Below, piece by piece: positions 1-13,736 of a DNA stretch of 64,000 bases. The position numbers and the translations under genes are program-made. The stretch lies in contig OZ241833.1 of the NCBI GenBank assembly GCA_965202585.1, forward strand, positions 3,658,001 through 3,722,000. The letters run 5' to 3'. The DNA is from Thalia democratica. Its lineage: Eukaryota. Below the pieces are notes generated by a model. The model did not search any database. It was not told the origin of the DNA and saw nothing but the letters and a program-made list of their open reading frames with translations. Every line of letters starts with the position of its first letter. Positions within the stretch are counted from its first letter, which is position 1.

Positions 1-1110
1 TTAAAAAAAACTATATGCTAAAAAGCGCAACACTTCAATTTTTTAAAATCGCATTTATGTGCAGTTTTTTATATTTGTTAATGATGCTTACGTTTTATAT
101 ATATTTTAGAAAAAAATATTTCTAAAACTTCAGTTTAAAGTTTTGTTCAAATTATTATTTCGAGTTAAACTATAAGCTTTAATCCCTGATATGTAAAAAT
201 TAAAAATTTTAGGTGGTTTCCCTATTATTATTTACAAGCTAATTTTGGTGAAAATAAAGCATAATTTAATATTTACTAGCAATTCATAGCATATTACTTA
301 TTATTTATTAAATTAACTAATAGTTACTACTAATCTTAATTAAATTCAGTACACATATAAGAGTATATTTTTAATTACTTTTATTTTATTTTTTAAATTC
401 AAAGTTTACTTGTTTTTACCAAGTTATAAAAAGAAAAAAGTCATGGTGGTCCATATCTTCAATTATTTTAGTTGTGACACAAAATAAGTTTATTTCTAAA
501 GCATTAAAAAAATAATTAGTGGAAATTATATTTACTTTAACTTCATTGTTATTAAATAGAATTTGTTTTTATATTTTACACATTCATTGTTAAAGGCCAT
601 GGGTGGGGAATTGACAGTTTTAATTAAAATTTGTCTTAGTTTAAAAACTAGCTGCTAGTTGTTTTTATTGCATCCTGATATTCAAAATAACTTTTGAAAA
701 ATATGAGTTTAAATTTGATAAGTTCAATAGGTGTCTTCTGGAAGGCCATGCTTAAAAATGCTAAAAATACTGAGTACTTTGATATATGTTTCCTTTTACA
801 GCTTTTTACATAATCATTATGAAACCTTCGCAGTCTAATCTGTATTTCTCATGGAAAAATCTTATTTAGGAAATGTTTTTACCTTAAAAAAATTTTAGTC
901 TTTTGAAAAAAATCAATAATTTAAAACTTCATTGTGAATTGCTTACTTTTTATTCATCAAACTGTTAATCATGCAAGGAACATATCTTTAAAAATTTAGT
1001 TCTCTAGAGTAAAATCCTTAGATGCAAGAGATATTTTTTAAGTTTAAAAAAATTAGTCACGACAAGTTGTTCTCTAAAATCTGTATTACAAAAATTTTTT
1101 ATAACTGACT

Positions 1111-1708
1111 GAAGCGTGGGGCACATGTACGACCTCCACGTGAAATTCATTAAAAAAAAAACAGTTTAAACATTAAAGTTTAATTCAACTTAGCTGTTTG
1201 TTTAAATTTGTTCACATTAGCTATGTTTTTAGAGCTTAGTTGGTTTATTTTATAATTTTGAAGTTTTTTACCAATTACTTTTTAGATTAAAAAATTTAGC
1301 AGTTTGTTCACATATTTTATTGTTTGTTTATTTAAAGTTAATTCAAATTTTCTCATGACTAAAACTTAGCTTTAAGCTATAAGTTACTATCCATATATTC
1401 ATAGTAGAATTATGTTTTACAAGTTATTGAGTTGATAATAACTTTTATTTTACAAGTTATTGAGTTGATTATAACTTTTATTTTACAATTTTTATATATT
1501 ATTTCCTCGCTGCACTAAACATAATAACACTTAATACCCTAAATGATTTCTAAAGGAAATTTCCTTACTTTAAAAAAGTGTCACGCTAAATCGGTAAAAA
1601 TTAGTCTAAATCTGAAATTGGCCGGATCGAAGTTGTTCGACCGAAGCTGTGGTGGTCGGTGGGGATGAACAGAAGCGTGGGGCACATGTACAACCTTCAC
1701 GTGAAATT
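1111..1708 (+). repeat. 37-bp direct repeats (1111-1147 and 1672-1708) derived from GUSB exon sequence
   Basis: GAAGCGTGGGGCACATGTAC(G/A)ACCT(C/T)CACGTGAAATT occurs twice with 2 mismatches. The paralog has one copy and lacks the intervening 561 bp. Confidence 0.9.
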
Positions 1709-2155
1709 GTCAGATGGCGACGAGTACCAGCTGCTGGTTGGTATCAGGTGCGGGTGGACGGCACCAGGTTCCTCATTAACAACCGGCCCTTCTACTTTCT
1801 GGGCGTCGGCAAGCACGAGGACTGGGTGACGAGGGGGAAGGGTTTCGATTGGTCCTCCGTCGTCAAGGACTTCAACCTGCTGGAGTGGTTGGGGGTCAAC
1901 TCGTTCAGGACCTCCCACTACCCGTACAGCGAGGAGGTGATGCGGATGTGCGACAAACGGGGCGTCGTCGTCATCAATGAGTGTCCCGCCGTCGGCATGA
2001 AGTACGAAGAAACGTTCAGTGACGTCACCATGCTGCACCACAAGGCGGTCATGCGTGAAATGACGTCACGGGACTACAACCACCCGTCCGTTGTCATGTG
2101 GTCGGTTGCCAACGAGCCCAAGTCGAACACTGAAGCGACTGCTAATTATTTTAAA
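1605..2155 (+). pseudogene. GUSB: Beta-glucuronidase (GH2) exon, copy 1, frameshifted
   Basis: Encodes PKLWWSVGM...[33 protein letters not shown] and WSVANEP (acid/base Glu). It lacks 4 nt (TCGG) near 1748 relative to the paralog, which shifts the frame. GT donor at 2156. The 5' boundary is uncertain. Confidence 0.85.
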
Positions 2156-3290
2156 GTTTGTTGAACTTTTTATTTTGTTAACATCACGTAATATAATTAT
2201 TTTAATTCATTTGTTTGGCTCATTCGTTTTTACATGTTAATAAAAACTTTTTTTTGTGTTAGTAGGTTTAGTATGAGTATTATTTGTACTTTGATTTGAT
2301 GAGTTAGGTTTAGAATAATTTTTGTAAAATATGTTCGTTCTTAGTATATGTTTAAAAGTTCCCTAATTTATAGTTAGTAGTTGTCAATTTTATAATGTTT
2401 TTATTTTATTTTTTGGTTCTGAGGTTTGCTGTTTTAAAAAAACTTAAATAGTAAACTTGTTAATTTACTTTAAATATTTTTTTTATAATTTAATGTTTAA
2501 CTTTTTTTTTGTAAATAAATAATAAGTACTTCAGTTCAAATAAGAAAATATTTTCATAATTGTATTAAAGAAAATGTTATATCTTTATGTTCTGAAGAAG
2601 AAGAGTAAAAGTAACGTTGTTGTTTTTCAATATATGTTTTTTGTTAATCTTACCTATATATATTCATAGAATATTGAAAAAATTCTAAAAATTTGTTAAA
2701 CTTTATTTCTCCACTATATGACTAAAAAAAATAATCTGTCATTTAATCTAGCAACCTTTTAAAGAACTCAATTGAACTATTTTAACATATTATAGATAAA
2801 CATTGTAAGACGTTAGTTTTCAATATTTAAGTCCTATTTAAGCTGTTTTTATTTAACCTTGTAATATTTCAAAACTACATTTTACACATTTAAATATTTT
2901 AATTTAACAAAATTATTAATCTAAAACTTTAAACATTATAAGAAAATTTATATTTAATTATTTAAAAAGTGCTTACTTGTGCATTTTTAAAAAGTTATTC
3001 AAAATAAAACTAGTTTTTTCAGGCATTGAAAGCACGGCATAAGTTTGAAAAAGGTTTAATTAAATTAGTTCACCTACTAAACTTTTGCTTTGAAAATTTT
3101 TACATCAATAGATTGTGTCAACAACTTGTTTATCTTGTTACTTTGTTCAAATATAATGTTAGTTTTTCTTGTTGTAATTACACGCCTTTAGTCGACATCA
3201 ACATCAAAGAAACGATTACTTTACATAAAAAACTAAAGAATATATTTAAAAAGCTTGTGAGTTAAAAACAATTTTTTGTATTTTCCATAG

Positions 3291-3488
3291 GAAGTGATGG
3301 AGTACACCCGCCAACTTGACAGCACAAGACCAGTGACGTTCGCTTGCAACGCCGGTTCAGATCACGACATGGCAAGTCAGTATTGTGACGTCATATCGGT
3401 GAACAACTACCAGTCATGGTACAACGATTACGGCCACACTGAGCTCATACAGGCGCGACTCACCGACTACTTTCAAAAATGGAATCAG
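3291..3488 (+). CDS. GUSB: Beta-glucuronidase internal exon, copy 1
   Basis: TTTTCCATAG acceptor, 198 bp phase 0, EVMEYTRQLDSTRPVTF...DVISVNNYQSWYND, CAG/GT donor. Confidence 0.9.
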
Positions 3489-3843
3489 GTTGGTTTTCAA
3501 AGAATTAGAAACATTTATAATGGCTTCAACTTGTTTAAATTTTTAGTATAGTTTTTTTTTAAGTAGTGGGTATAGTTGTTAACAAACTTATCATATTTAA
3601 ATCTTTAGTATTGTAATGCTACTGCATCACTTAAATCACATTATAGTTTAATAATTCTTTAAATATGTTTGATACATAGTTTAATAGCTTAATTGAAGCT
3701 GGAATATTACTTTAACAAAGTTGTTCAAAAAAAGAATTAGAACAAACCACTGAAAATGTATTATTTTCCAAGAACAAACGCATAAACTACATTTATTATG
3801 CCTGAGCAACACACCAAACCCTACATACAGTTTTATTTTGCAG

Positions 3844-4248
3844 AAATTGAAGAAACCGATAATCCTCACCGAATTCGGAGCCGGATCCGTCTCAGGATTC
3901 CACGCAAACCCGCCACTCATGTACAGCGAGGACTACCAACACGAGCTGATCCAGCAACACTTCGGCGTGTTCAAGCGACTGTGCACAATACAACACCCCT
4001 ACCTAACAGGATCCATGGTGTGGAACTTCGCCGACTTCCAGACCGCCCAAGGACCCAAGAGGGCGCAGGGTAACCGCAAGGGGCTGTTTACCAGGGACAG
4101 GCAGCCGAAAAGTTCAGCGCACTTGGTGAGGAGGCAGTACTTGGAGTGGAGGAATCAGTCCATTTGGGAGAAAACTACAGACAAGATTAATTATAAAAAC
4201 TTCAATTTGAAATACGAATTCGAGCGTGAAGTTTCTGTTATCAACTAA
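3844..4248 (+). CDS. GUSB: Beta-glucuronidase terminal exon, copy 1
   Basis: TTTTGCAG acceptor; KPIILTEFGA (nucleophile Glu), WNFADF, NRKGLFTRDRQPK (NxK motif of glucuronidases); TAA stop. Confidence 0.9.
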   Translation, partial: KLKKPIILTEFGAGSVSGFHANPPLMYSEDYQHELIQQHFGVFKRLCTIQHPYLTGSMVWNFADFQTAQGPKRAQGNRKGLFTRDRQPKSSAHLVRRQYLEWRNQSIWEKTTDKINYKNFNLKYEFEREVSVIN

Positions 4249-6023
4249 CTTTTACTTTAAATATTAAATAATTTTGTTTTGAATATTTAATCATATCTGT
4301 TAACAACTTAAAATAATTTATACAGTCATTTTTTAGATTTTTTTTTATTACCTTATGTATTTTCTTAAAAATGTTGAGGTAAAGTCCACCGTGTTATATT
4401 ATGATTTTAAGTTTACAATTTTCTGTTGTCACTTTTTTTTTCTATCATTTGAGTAACCTTCTGTAGTTACATTTTTTAAACTACTTGTTACAACTTCCTA
4501 GGTTGTTTTATGTAATTGATTTATTGTAAACTAGTTTTATAGTTTTTTATGTTAAACTAAATAAGCTTCGTAAAAGTTTTAAAGGTTTTTTTTCTGTGAA
4601 TAATTATAAAAACGACTGAAATAAAAGTGACATTTTGTATTATTCAAATCATTTTTGTTACGATACTTAATAATAAAAGTCACTTATCGCTTCATTAACT
4701 TAATTAAGTTTTATCTTTTGTTTCGATTAAACAAACAGTACTTCAATAATTCTGTAATACCTGTTGTAACAACTTTTGAAGTAAGTTAATTTTCTTCAAA
4801 CATGGGCTTACTTGGATTGGAGTAATTAAAGAGACAATTTTATTGTCTTGTGCAGTTTTGTGCAGTTTTGCTTTAAAAATAAAAAGATTGCTATTCATTT
4901 GTTGTGTCTTGTTTAATTAAAGTATACTTATCTATTTGTATATACTCCAAGAAGTCAAATAATACCCAGTGCTTTTTTTACTGTCAAACAGTTTCCCCAT
5001 AGAAAGTTCCCTCATTTGTATTAAAAGACAACCTGGTCTCAAGTAGTCAACTACTCCGAACTTATCTTGTAGTACGAACCATACATGGTTCAATAATATA
5101 GGCTTCAAGGGCTCCTTTTTTTATTCAGCAAGATCAAAAGTTGTTTAATCGAATAGAATACTTTAAAATTTATTTAAATTCTTTTTTTAGCGCATACATA
5201 ACGGCATTAAACTCTTTTAAGCACTGCCTACAGACAGGGTTTTAAACAGCTAAATTCAAAGTAATATATATTTTGTTGCTCTCCAAACAGTTGATCCAGA
5301 AATTGTTTCTTTTATAGACTGAATTTTTGCACTTCAAGAAAAGTTCAGGGATTGAAATTTATTTCTGTTAAAAATAAATTAAAGTTTTAATAATATTTTC
5401 TTATGACATACTACATCTTATATATAACATCTTACATATAACTACTATATTTTAAAGTTTTAAGTGGGCTTAGTAATTTTATTTAGAGCTTGTCACTCTT
5501 TCAAACAAAAAAGCAATGCTGATTGAGCAAAATTCAGTATTGAATTTTTTAAGCTAGTTTAAATTAAAAACATATAATTATGTTGGCTAAAAGCTAATTA
5601 AGAAAATAATAAAGTATAATGTTATGCTTATGTATAAGTTTATAATGTAAATGTGGTGAAAAAGAGTATGGCCTGCTAGGGACTTAAATGTTATTAATAT
5701 GGGCTACAAATAAAACAATAGTATAAATTAAAAAGAAATGATAGTTATAGTTTGCATAGTAACAAAAAAAAAAAAATGTTGCAAATTGTAGAAAATTGAT
5801 AAAAATGCATTTGAAAGGGTATATTACGTACATAGGTGTTTTAAGTGAAAAAAATAATTTGGCTAAGTATGAGTCAAGGCTAAATTTAAGGGGTTGGTGG
5901 GTGGGGGATAGGGACGGCATGGTCGCAGAGACACCGTGTGGTGAAAAAACAAGCAAATTTTTTTAATTTAAATTTTTTTAGAACGGTTATGGTGCAATCT
6001 CTGGAGAAGTCTGTGATTCGGTG

Positions 6024-6037
6024 GCGCCACCTAGCGG
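6024..6037 (-). promoter_or_regulatory. CTCF-consensus motif (single site)
   Basis: Minus strand CCGCTAGGTGGCGC matches CCRSYAGRKGGCRS. It lies in a small GC-rich island in AT-rich DNA. Motif match only. Confidence 0.35.
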
Positions 6038-7239
6038 TTGAAAGTTTTAATTCTTAATTTATGTGTAATCAAGCAGCACGTAGATATTTTTTCTTCAAGT
6101 TAGAGCTTTAAAAACCTCAACATTTCGTCTACTAATTTGAAGTAAACTGTTTTAAATATATTTTACTTGATATACCGCATGTAATAAAAGTTAAGTCTTA
6201 AAAAATTTCGGTTTAAATTTTAATAAAAAATAAGTAATAAAACAAAATAAAACAAACTTCGTTTAGTTTGAGCTTAAAAAACCTGAGAATTTCATAACAT
6301 TTGTTTTAAATTAAGTTTAAATTAAATGGTTTTTACTATTTATTACTAGAAAGAAAAGTATAAGCAAAGTTTAGTTTTTAATTTTCTTACTTAAGAACCA
6401 AAATAGGTGTTTGATAAATAACTTCGAAAGCATGTAATTTTCTAAGATATAAAAGTAATTGTAGTATTTTTCGTGTAAAAAACATGTGTGATATTTATAT
6501 GAACTTATTGACTTACTGACAGTTTCATCTAGTTGACGTTTAGCCTATAAACCGTTTGTTCAACATATTTGTTTGATAACAGGTCAAAAATTGTCAATAA
6601 GTTGTATATTACTAAAAGCTATCTGTTTTCTCTTTTTGTAGTATTGCTTAGTTTCACTAATACTAGCAACCTAAAAAGTCATTATATCAGTTAGTTTACA
6701 TTATATTAGATTTCGTTGCAGTTTTCAAATACATTTTAAAAGTTTTTTTTTAAGATTCGAACGCATTAAAATAAAGCAAGATAAGGAATAAACTTTCTTT
6801 TTGCATTTAATTTTTTTCAAGTTGTTTTTGTATGCTTAAATGAAGTTAGAAATAAGTAGTATTTCCTTACTTAAGAAGAGCTGAACAGTAAACTAGTCAG
6901 TAGTATATTGCTGAGTTGAGAAAATAACTACGAAAACTAGTATTCTTAAATTTAAGAAGAAATTATAAAAAGTTGTCTTTTTGATTATAAATAGAATAAA
7001 AAATTAAGGTTATAGCAACACAGCAAACACAGCTTAATTAATTTTGAACAGTTGTAGATCATTTAGTTTTATACAAAGCTAATTTATGAAAGAAAGTTTT
7101 ATATCCAAAGTATTAAAACTGGCATGAGCTTATTTAGAATCAATTAACGAAATAAATTTGCTATTTTTACAGTATATTTTTAAAACATTAAATTTAGATA
7201 ATCAAGTTTATTAAGTCAAAATCAGTTGCGATGATAAGA

Positions 7240-7322
7240 ACGCAAATGGCTCTGTCGGTAGAGCGTCAGGTTGGAACTGCAGACGTTATTGGTTCGAATC
7301 TTGGTAGTAACTTTTTTTTTTT
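7240..7322 (+). pseudogene. tRNA-derived relic / SINE head
   Basis: A-box TGGCTCTGTCGGTAGAGCG with GCTC/GAGC D-stem, B-box GGTTCGAATC, followed by a T-run. Acceptor and T stems do not pair. Confidence 0.6.
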
Positions 7323-7653
7323 CCTTCTTGTTAAATTTAGTTTTTACGTTGATTAGTTGAACAATACCTGTTAGATGATTATAACATAATTCATAATGTT
7401 AACCATATAACTTTGTTCATTTTAATTCACGAGAGTACTATTTTATTAAAGAAGCAAACCTACTAAGATTGACATTTGAAGATCGTCGTTGTCTTTTGCC
7501 GTACTTAACAATAAAACTTTTTGAAGTTTTGCTAAGCATGTCCGCTTTAGGAAGATACTATATTACTAATTAAAGTAAAAAATATAATATAAAAACAAGC
7601 AAAAAAGATATACAATACAAGATATGTAATTAAATTAAGCACCGTAATCAAAA

Positions 7654-7735
7654 GTCTTCGTAGCACAGCAGTAGGAAGGTGCATCATGTAGTCTTTTAGT
7701 ACTAGGTTCGAATCCCATGTTGGTCACATTTTTTG
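7654..7735 (+). pseudogene. tRNA-derived relic / SINE head
   Basis: A-box-like TAGCACAGCAGTAG, B-box GGTTCGAATCCC, then a T-run. No complete cloverleaf. Confidence 0.5.
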
Positions 7736-10700
7736 TTAGTTGTGTTTACTCTTAAATTTAGTTATTATGCAACATAAAGAGTTAAGACTATTTTTTGAAA
7801 CTTTACAAAAATAAAACTTTAGTTAATGTGTTTTCATGCAGTATAAAAGCTGTATAAGTTTTAAACTCCAAACTAACAGAAACTTTTTAAACATGTTAAT
7901 GAACTTATAATCACTTTTAAAACAATAAAAACAAGTTTTGAACATAAAAAGATAGAAAATATCAGATAGTTGAGTTTATATTTTAGAAGTTAGTAGATGC
8001 GACTGTGGAACGGTAGTGTAGCGGTTGAAGTCTGTGCGTTGAAAGCTAGCGATTTGGGTTACTTGTTGCTCATTTTTATTTAACTTGATATACTATACAA
8101 GTAATTTATAAAATTTACGCTTTCAAAAAGTTTCAATCAGAACTAAAATACAATTGTAATTATATTAAAATATACCAACTAGATCATTATTATTTATTAG
8201 TACTATATTCAGTCTTTATCAAAATAGATTCTTAAAACTAGTTTGCGCATTTTATCAGTAACCTACAAAGATATATAAGAATATTAAGCAAAAAACAATA
8301 CTTATCATCCATCTTTAGGTTTTTCGCTGTAAAATTTAAACTTTAAGTTTCTGTACTATTATTTTCATCTTAAAAAGAAGGATTAGTTTAATATGTCGAT
8401 TTTTACTTGAAATATGCAAAAATGACAACCTTAACTCTTATTTACTTTAATATTTCCAAAAGTACTTTTAAATTACTGTCGTTATGACTTAAAGTAAATA
8501 TTTTAAAAATGACTTATATTTATAAGCATTTTATAACAAAAAGTAGTAAAATTTACACGTACTTTGTTATTAAAGTTAATTAAAGCTTGGTAAATCCAAA
8601 TTTTGCTTAATAAAAAAAATTAAAACTTTTGATAAGCAAAACATTAAATAAGTACTTTTTTACTATTTGTTTTAAACAAAAAAAAAATCAAGTATTAAAA
8701 AGTATATTTGAGCTTCTTATGCAGCTTTTGAAAGGAAATTTTTCTCAAATATCAATATTTGCGTTAATGTTTTATGTAAAATGAGCAGCTTTATCTTCCT
8801 TCTAAGCTTATTTGAATGAAAAGTATAGTAGCCTTGTGTTAATAAACTAGTAATAGAAACTTTCAAAAATATAAATATAATCAAAAAAAGTTAAAAATTA
8901 TAGTACATAAATTTAAATTAAGATCTTAATTAAAACTCTAGTATATATCTGCTATTGATGACTGTGTTTCACGGTCTTTTAGCACCCTTCAAGCGCACAT
9001 TTTAGTTTACTTTGTTTACTCTGAAAGTAAGTTGTTTACTCTGAAAGTAAGTTTAAAGTATGAAATTTTACGTGTAAAACAATAGTATCATCATAGTTTA
9101 ATAATCATTGTTCAAATCCGGGGACTCGGGTTGGACTTACTTGTTGCCAGTTTTTTTTTGGTAACCTAAATTACCACACTAGTAACTTAAAATAAATTAT
9201 TATTTCACAAAGTTTCTATCAGAACTGAAATCTCTTTTGATAATACTTAAGTTTATAAATAATTTAAGTTTGTATAAACTTTTTCTTAAAGCTTATTCAA
9301 TAAACTAACTAAAAGTTTTAAACTTGAAATATTTTAGTAATATAAATAATAGTAAAAAGTATTTTACTGTACGTGCGCTAGTAACCTTGTAAACTTTATA
9401 TATTCAGTTTAAACATCAAGCTAAACGAGTTATGAGAAACCCCATAATCAAGCATAGAAAATATACTAGAAATTTAGATTAAATTGCAAATGAGATTAAT
9501 TCAAATTGAATAACGCAATTTTTTTTTGATAAAAATAAACTAATCATTAAAAGTAAAAAGTTCTGTTTAAACTAAAATGATTGTTTTTTCACATTGTTAA
9601 AAAATGAAGAATTATAAAAGATAAAATAAAACTTGCTGTTTTATTCCTAAAACTGTTAAATGTTTAACTAAAACTATTTATCATAGTTAAATTTAATTTT
9701 GGTAAAAACCATAATATAAATGTAATGTTTGAAATAATCAATTATTAAATAAAAAGGCTAACAACTTTTTAACAATGTAGTGATTTTATTTAAACTAAGA
9801 CTAAAATTAACTTATTATGCAAAACGTGTATAACTATAAAGTTTAAAGTTGTATATTGTTTTATTATATTTGGTCTTATTATCTTTATATGTTACAGTGG
9901 TAAAATTTCAAAATAATTTATATGTCAACTGAATGTTTTTTAAGTGCCATTGTTAGAAAAAACTCCAGCAAGCAATATTTAATAAAATTGGAAAAAAAAA
10001 GCAAACATTGAAAATTAGAATCATTTATTCATTTATGCACCAAACTATTTAGTTTATATTATCCACTTGAGCATTACTAAACTAAAAATTAAGCAGGGGT
10101 CGGCAATCCTTTATAAGTAAAAAAAATCTTACTACAAAGTGCAGCTCGATGGCTGCACTATGTAAAAAAAAAAGTCTTGAATTTCACAACATTTTACTTT
10201 TTCCTTGTTCTATAAAAGTAAAAACAAATAAATTTTTTGTACATATTAATTAAATCTACTTACACATTTAGTTCTTTTTTTGAATATTTATTATTTTTTG
10301 AGTTCTGGCATTTAATTAAGTTTTTTTTTTGTTAATTTGAGTTGTTTTCGGTATTTGAATTGCCATAAAACCAAAAGTTTTATTTAAGTAAACAATTCTA
10401 AATAAATGTTAGACAAAAATTTACAAATTTTTTAAATTAAGTATTACGGTGTGTTACAAAACCTTTTTTGTTCTTATAAGTATTTAAGTTAAAAAAAACT
10501 ATATGCTAAAAAGCGCAACACTTCAATTTTTTAAAATCGCATTTATGTGGAGTTTTTTATATTTGTTAATGATGCTTAAGTTTTATATATATTTTAGAAA
10601 AAAATATTTCTAAAACTTCAGTTTAAAGTTTTGTACAAATTATTATTTCGAGTTAAACTATAAGCTTTAATTCCTGATATGTAAAAATTAAAAATTTTAG

Positions 10701-11597
10701 GTGGTTTCCCTATTATTATTTACAAGCTAATTTTGGTGAAAATAAAGCATAATTTAATATTTACTAGCAATTCATAGCATATTACTTATTATTTATTAAA
10801 TTAACTAATAGTTACTACTAATCTTAATTAAATTCAGTACACATATAAGAGTATATTTTTAATTACTTTTATTTTATTTTTTAAATTCAAAGTTTACTTG
10901 TTTTTACCAAGTTATAAAAAGAAAAAAGTCATGGTGGTCCATATCTTCAATTATTTTAGTTGTGACACAAAATAAGTTTATTTCTAAAGCATTAAAAAAT
11001 TATTGGTGGAAATTATATTTACTTTAACTTCATTGTTATTAAATAGAATTTGTTTTTATATTTTACACATTCATTGTTAAAGGCCATGGGTGGGGAATTG
11101 ACAGTTTTAATTAAAATTTGTCTTAGTTTAAAAACTAGCTGCTAGTTGTTTTTATTGCATCCTGATATTCAAAATAACTTTTGAAAAATATGAGTTTAAA
11201 TTTGATAAGTTCAATAGGTGTCTTCTGGAAGGCCATGCTTAAAAATGCTAAAAATACTGAGTACTTTGATATATGTTTCCTTTTACAGCTTTTTACATAA
11301 TCATTATGAAACCTTCGCAGTCTAATCTGTATTTCTCATGGAAAAATCTTATTTAGGAAATGTTTTTACCTTAAAAAAATTTTAGTCTTTTGAAAAAAAT
11401 CAATAATTTAAAACTTCATTGTGAATTGCTTACTTTTTATTCATCAAACTGTTAATCATGCAAGGAACATATCTTTAAAAATTTAGTTCTCTAGAGTAAA
11501 ATCCTTAGATGCAAGAGATATTTTTTAAGTTTAAAAAAATTAGTCACGACAAGTTGTTCTCTAAAATCTGTATTACAAAAATTTTTTATAACTGACT

Positions 11598-12085
11598 GAA
11601 GCGTGGGGCACATGTACGACCTCCACGTGAAATTGTTGGATGGCGACGAGTACCAGCTGCCGGTTGGTATCAGGTCGGTGCGGGTGGACGGCACCAGGTT
11701 CCTCATAAACAACCGGCCCTTCTACTTCCTGGGCGTGGGCAAGCACGATGACTGGGTGACGAGGGGGAAGGGTTTCGATTGGTCCTCCGTCGTCAAGGAC
11801 TTCAACCTGCTGGAGTGGTTGGGGGCCAACTCGTTCAGAACCTCCCACTACCCGTACAGCAAGGAGGTGATGCGGATGTGCGACGAGCGGGGCGTCGTCG
11901 TCATCGATGAGTGCCCCGCCGTCGGCATGAAGTACGAAGAAACGTTCAGTGACGTCACCATGCTGCACCACAAGGCGGTCATGCGTGAAATGACGTCACG
12001 GGACTACAACCACCCGTCCATTGTCATGTGGTCGGTTGCCAACGAGCCCAAGTCGAACACTGAAGCGACTGCAAATTATTTTAAA
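11598..12085 (+). pseudogene. GUSB: Beta-glucuronidase exon, copy 2, 5'-truncated but in frame
   Basis: Open frame GHMYDLHVKL...GIRSVRVDG...WSVANEP. The upstream PKLWW part of the exon is absent. GT donor at 12086. Confidence 0.85.
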
Positions 12086-13180
12086 GTTTGTTGAACTTTT
12101 TATTTTTTTAACATCACGTAACATAATTATTTTAATTCATTTGTTCGGCTCATTTGTTTTATTTTTTTTTTGTTAGTATGTTTAGTATGAGTATAATTTG
12201 TACTTTGATTTGATGAGTTAAACTTAGAATAATTTTTGTAAATCATAGTATATTTTTGATAGTTCCCTAATTTATAGTTAGTAGTTGTCAGTTTTATAAT
12301 GTTTTTATTTTATTTTTGGTTCTGAGGTTTGCTGTTTTAAAAAAACTTAAATAGTAAACTTGTTAATTTACTTTCAAATTTTTTTTATAATTTAATGTTT
12401 AACTTTTTTTTGTAAATAAATAATAATTACTTCAGTTCAAATAAGAAAATATTTTCATAATTGTATAAAAAAAATGTTATATCTTCATGTTCTGAAGAAG
12501 AAGAGTAAAAGTAACGTTGTTGTTTTTCAATATATGTTGTTTGTTAACCTTACCTATAGTTCATTGTATAATGAAAAAGTTCTAAAAATTTGTTAAACTT
12601 TATTTCTCCACTATATGATTAATAATCTGTCATTTAATCTAGCAACCTTTTAAAGAACTCAATTGAACTATTTTAACTTATTATAGATAAACATTGTTAG
12701 ACGTTAGTTTTTAATATTTAAGTCCTATTTAAGCTGTTTTTATTTAACCTTGTAATATTTTCAAAACTACATTTTACACATTTAAATATTTTAATTTTAC
12801 AAAATTATTAATCTAAAACTTTAAACATTATAAGAAAATTTATATTTTATTATTTAAAAAGTGCTTACTTGTGTTTTAAAAAGTTATTCAAATTAAAACT
12901 AGTTTTTTTCAGGTATTAAAAGCACGGCATAAGTTTGAAAAAGGTTTAATTAAATTAGTTCACCTACTAAACTTTTGCTTAGAAAATTTTTACATCAATA
13001 GATTGTGTCAACAACTTGTTTATCTTGTTACTTTGTTCAAATATAATGTTAGTTGTTCTTGTTGTAATTACACGCCTTTAGTCGACATCAACATCAAAGA
13101 AATAATTTCTTTACATATAAAACTAAAGAATATATTTAAAAAGCTTGTGAGTTAAAAACAATTTTTTGTATTTTCCATAG

Positions 13181-13378
13181 GAAGTGATGGAGTACACCCG
13201 CCAGCTTGACAGCACAAGACCAGTGACGTTCGCTTGCAACGCCGGTTCAGATCACGACATGGCAAGTCAGTATTGTGACGTCATATCGGTGAACAACTAC
13301 CAGTCATGGTACAACGATTACGGCCACACTGAGCTCATACAGGCGCGACTCACCGACTACTTTCAAAAATGGAATCAG
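13181..13378 (+). CDS. GUSB: Beta-glucuronidase internal exon, copy 2
   Basis: Same AG/GT boundaries and translation as 3291-3488. Confidence 0.9.
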
Positions 13379-13736
13379 GTTGGTATTCAAAGAATTAGAA
13401 ACATTTATAATGACTTTAACTTATTTAAATTTTTAGTATAGTTTTTTTTTTTAAGTAGTGGGTATAGTTGTTAACAAACTTATCATATTTAAATCTTTAG
13501 TATTGTAATGCTATTGCATCACTTAAATCACATTATAGGTTAATAGTTCTTTAAATATGTTTGATACATAGTTTAATAGCTTAATTGAAGCTGGATTATT
13601 ACTTTAACAAAGTTGTTCAAAAAAAGAATTAGAACAAACCACTAAAAATGTATTATTTATCAAGAACAAACGCATAAACTATATTTATTATGCCTGAGCA
13701 ACACATCAAACCCCTACACACAGTTTTATTTTGCAG

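Larger units (their letters stand above)
1..4742 (+). repeat. Segmental duplication copy 1 (paralog at 10489-14630; may extend left of the window)
   Basis: Base 1 onward matches 10489 onward nearly base for base. Similarity ends after ACAGTACT at 4742 and 14630. Confidence 0.95.

Noticed and set aside
1605-4248. Bacterial uidA horizontal transfer suggested by the GC-rich exons
   Set aside because: The gene has spliceosomal introns and a close match to animal GUSB (HYPY.EEVM.MCD..G.VVI.ECP.VG).
4930-5120. Short open frame on the minus strand (EPLKPILLNHVWFVLQDKFG...)
   Set aside because: It has no start or splice support and no recognisable motif.
7240-7735. Functional tRNA genes
   Set aside because: Acceptor and T stems do not pair; kept only as relics.
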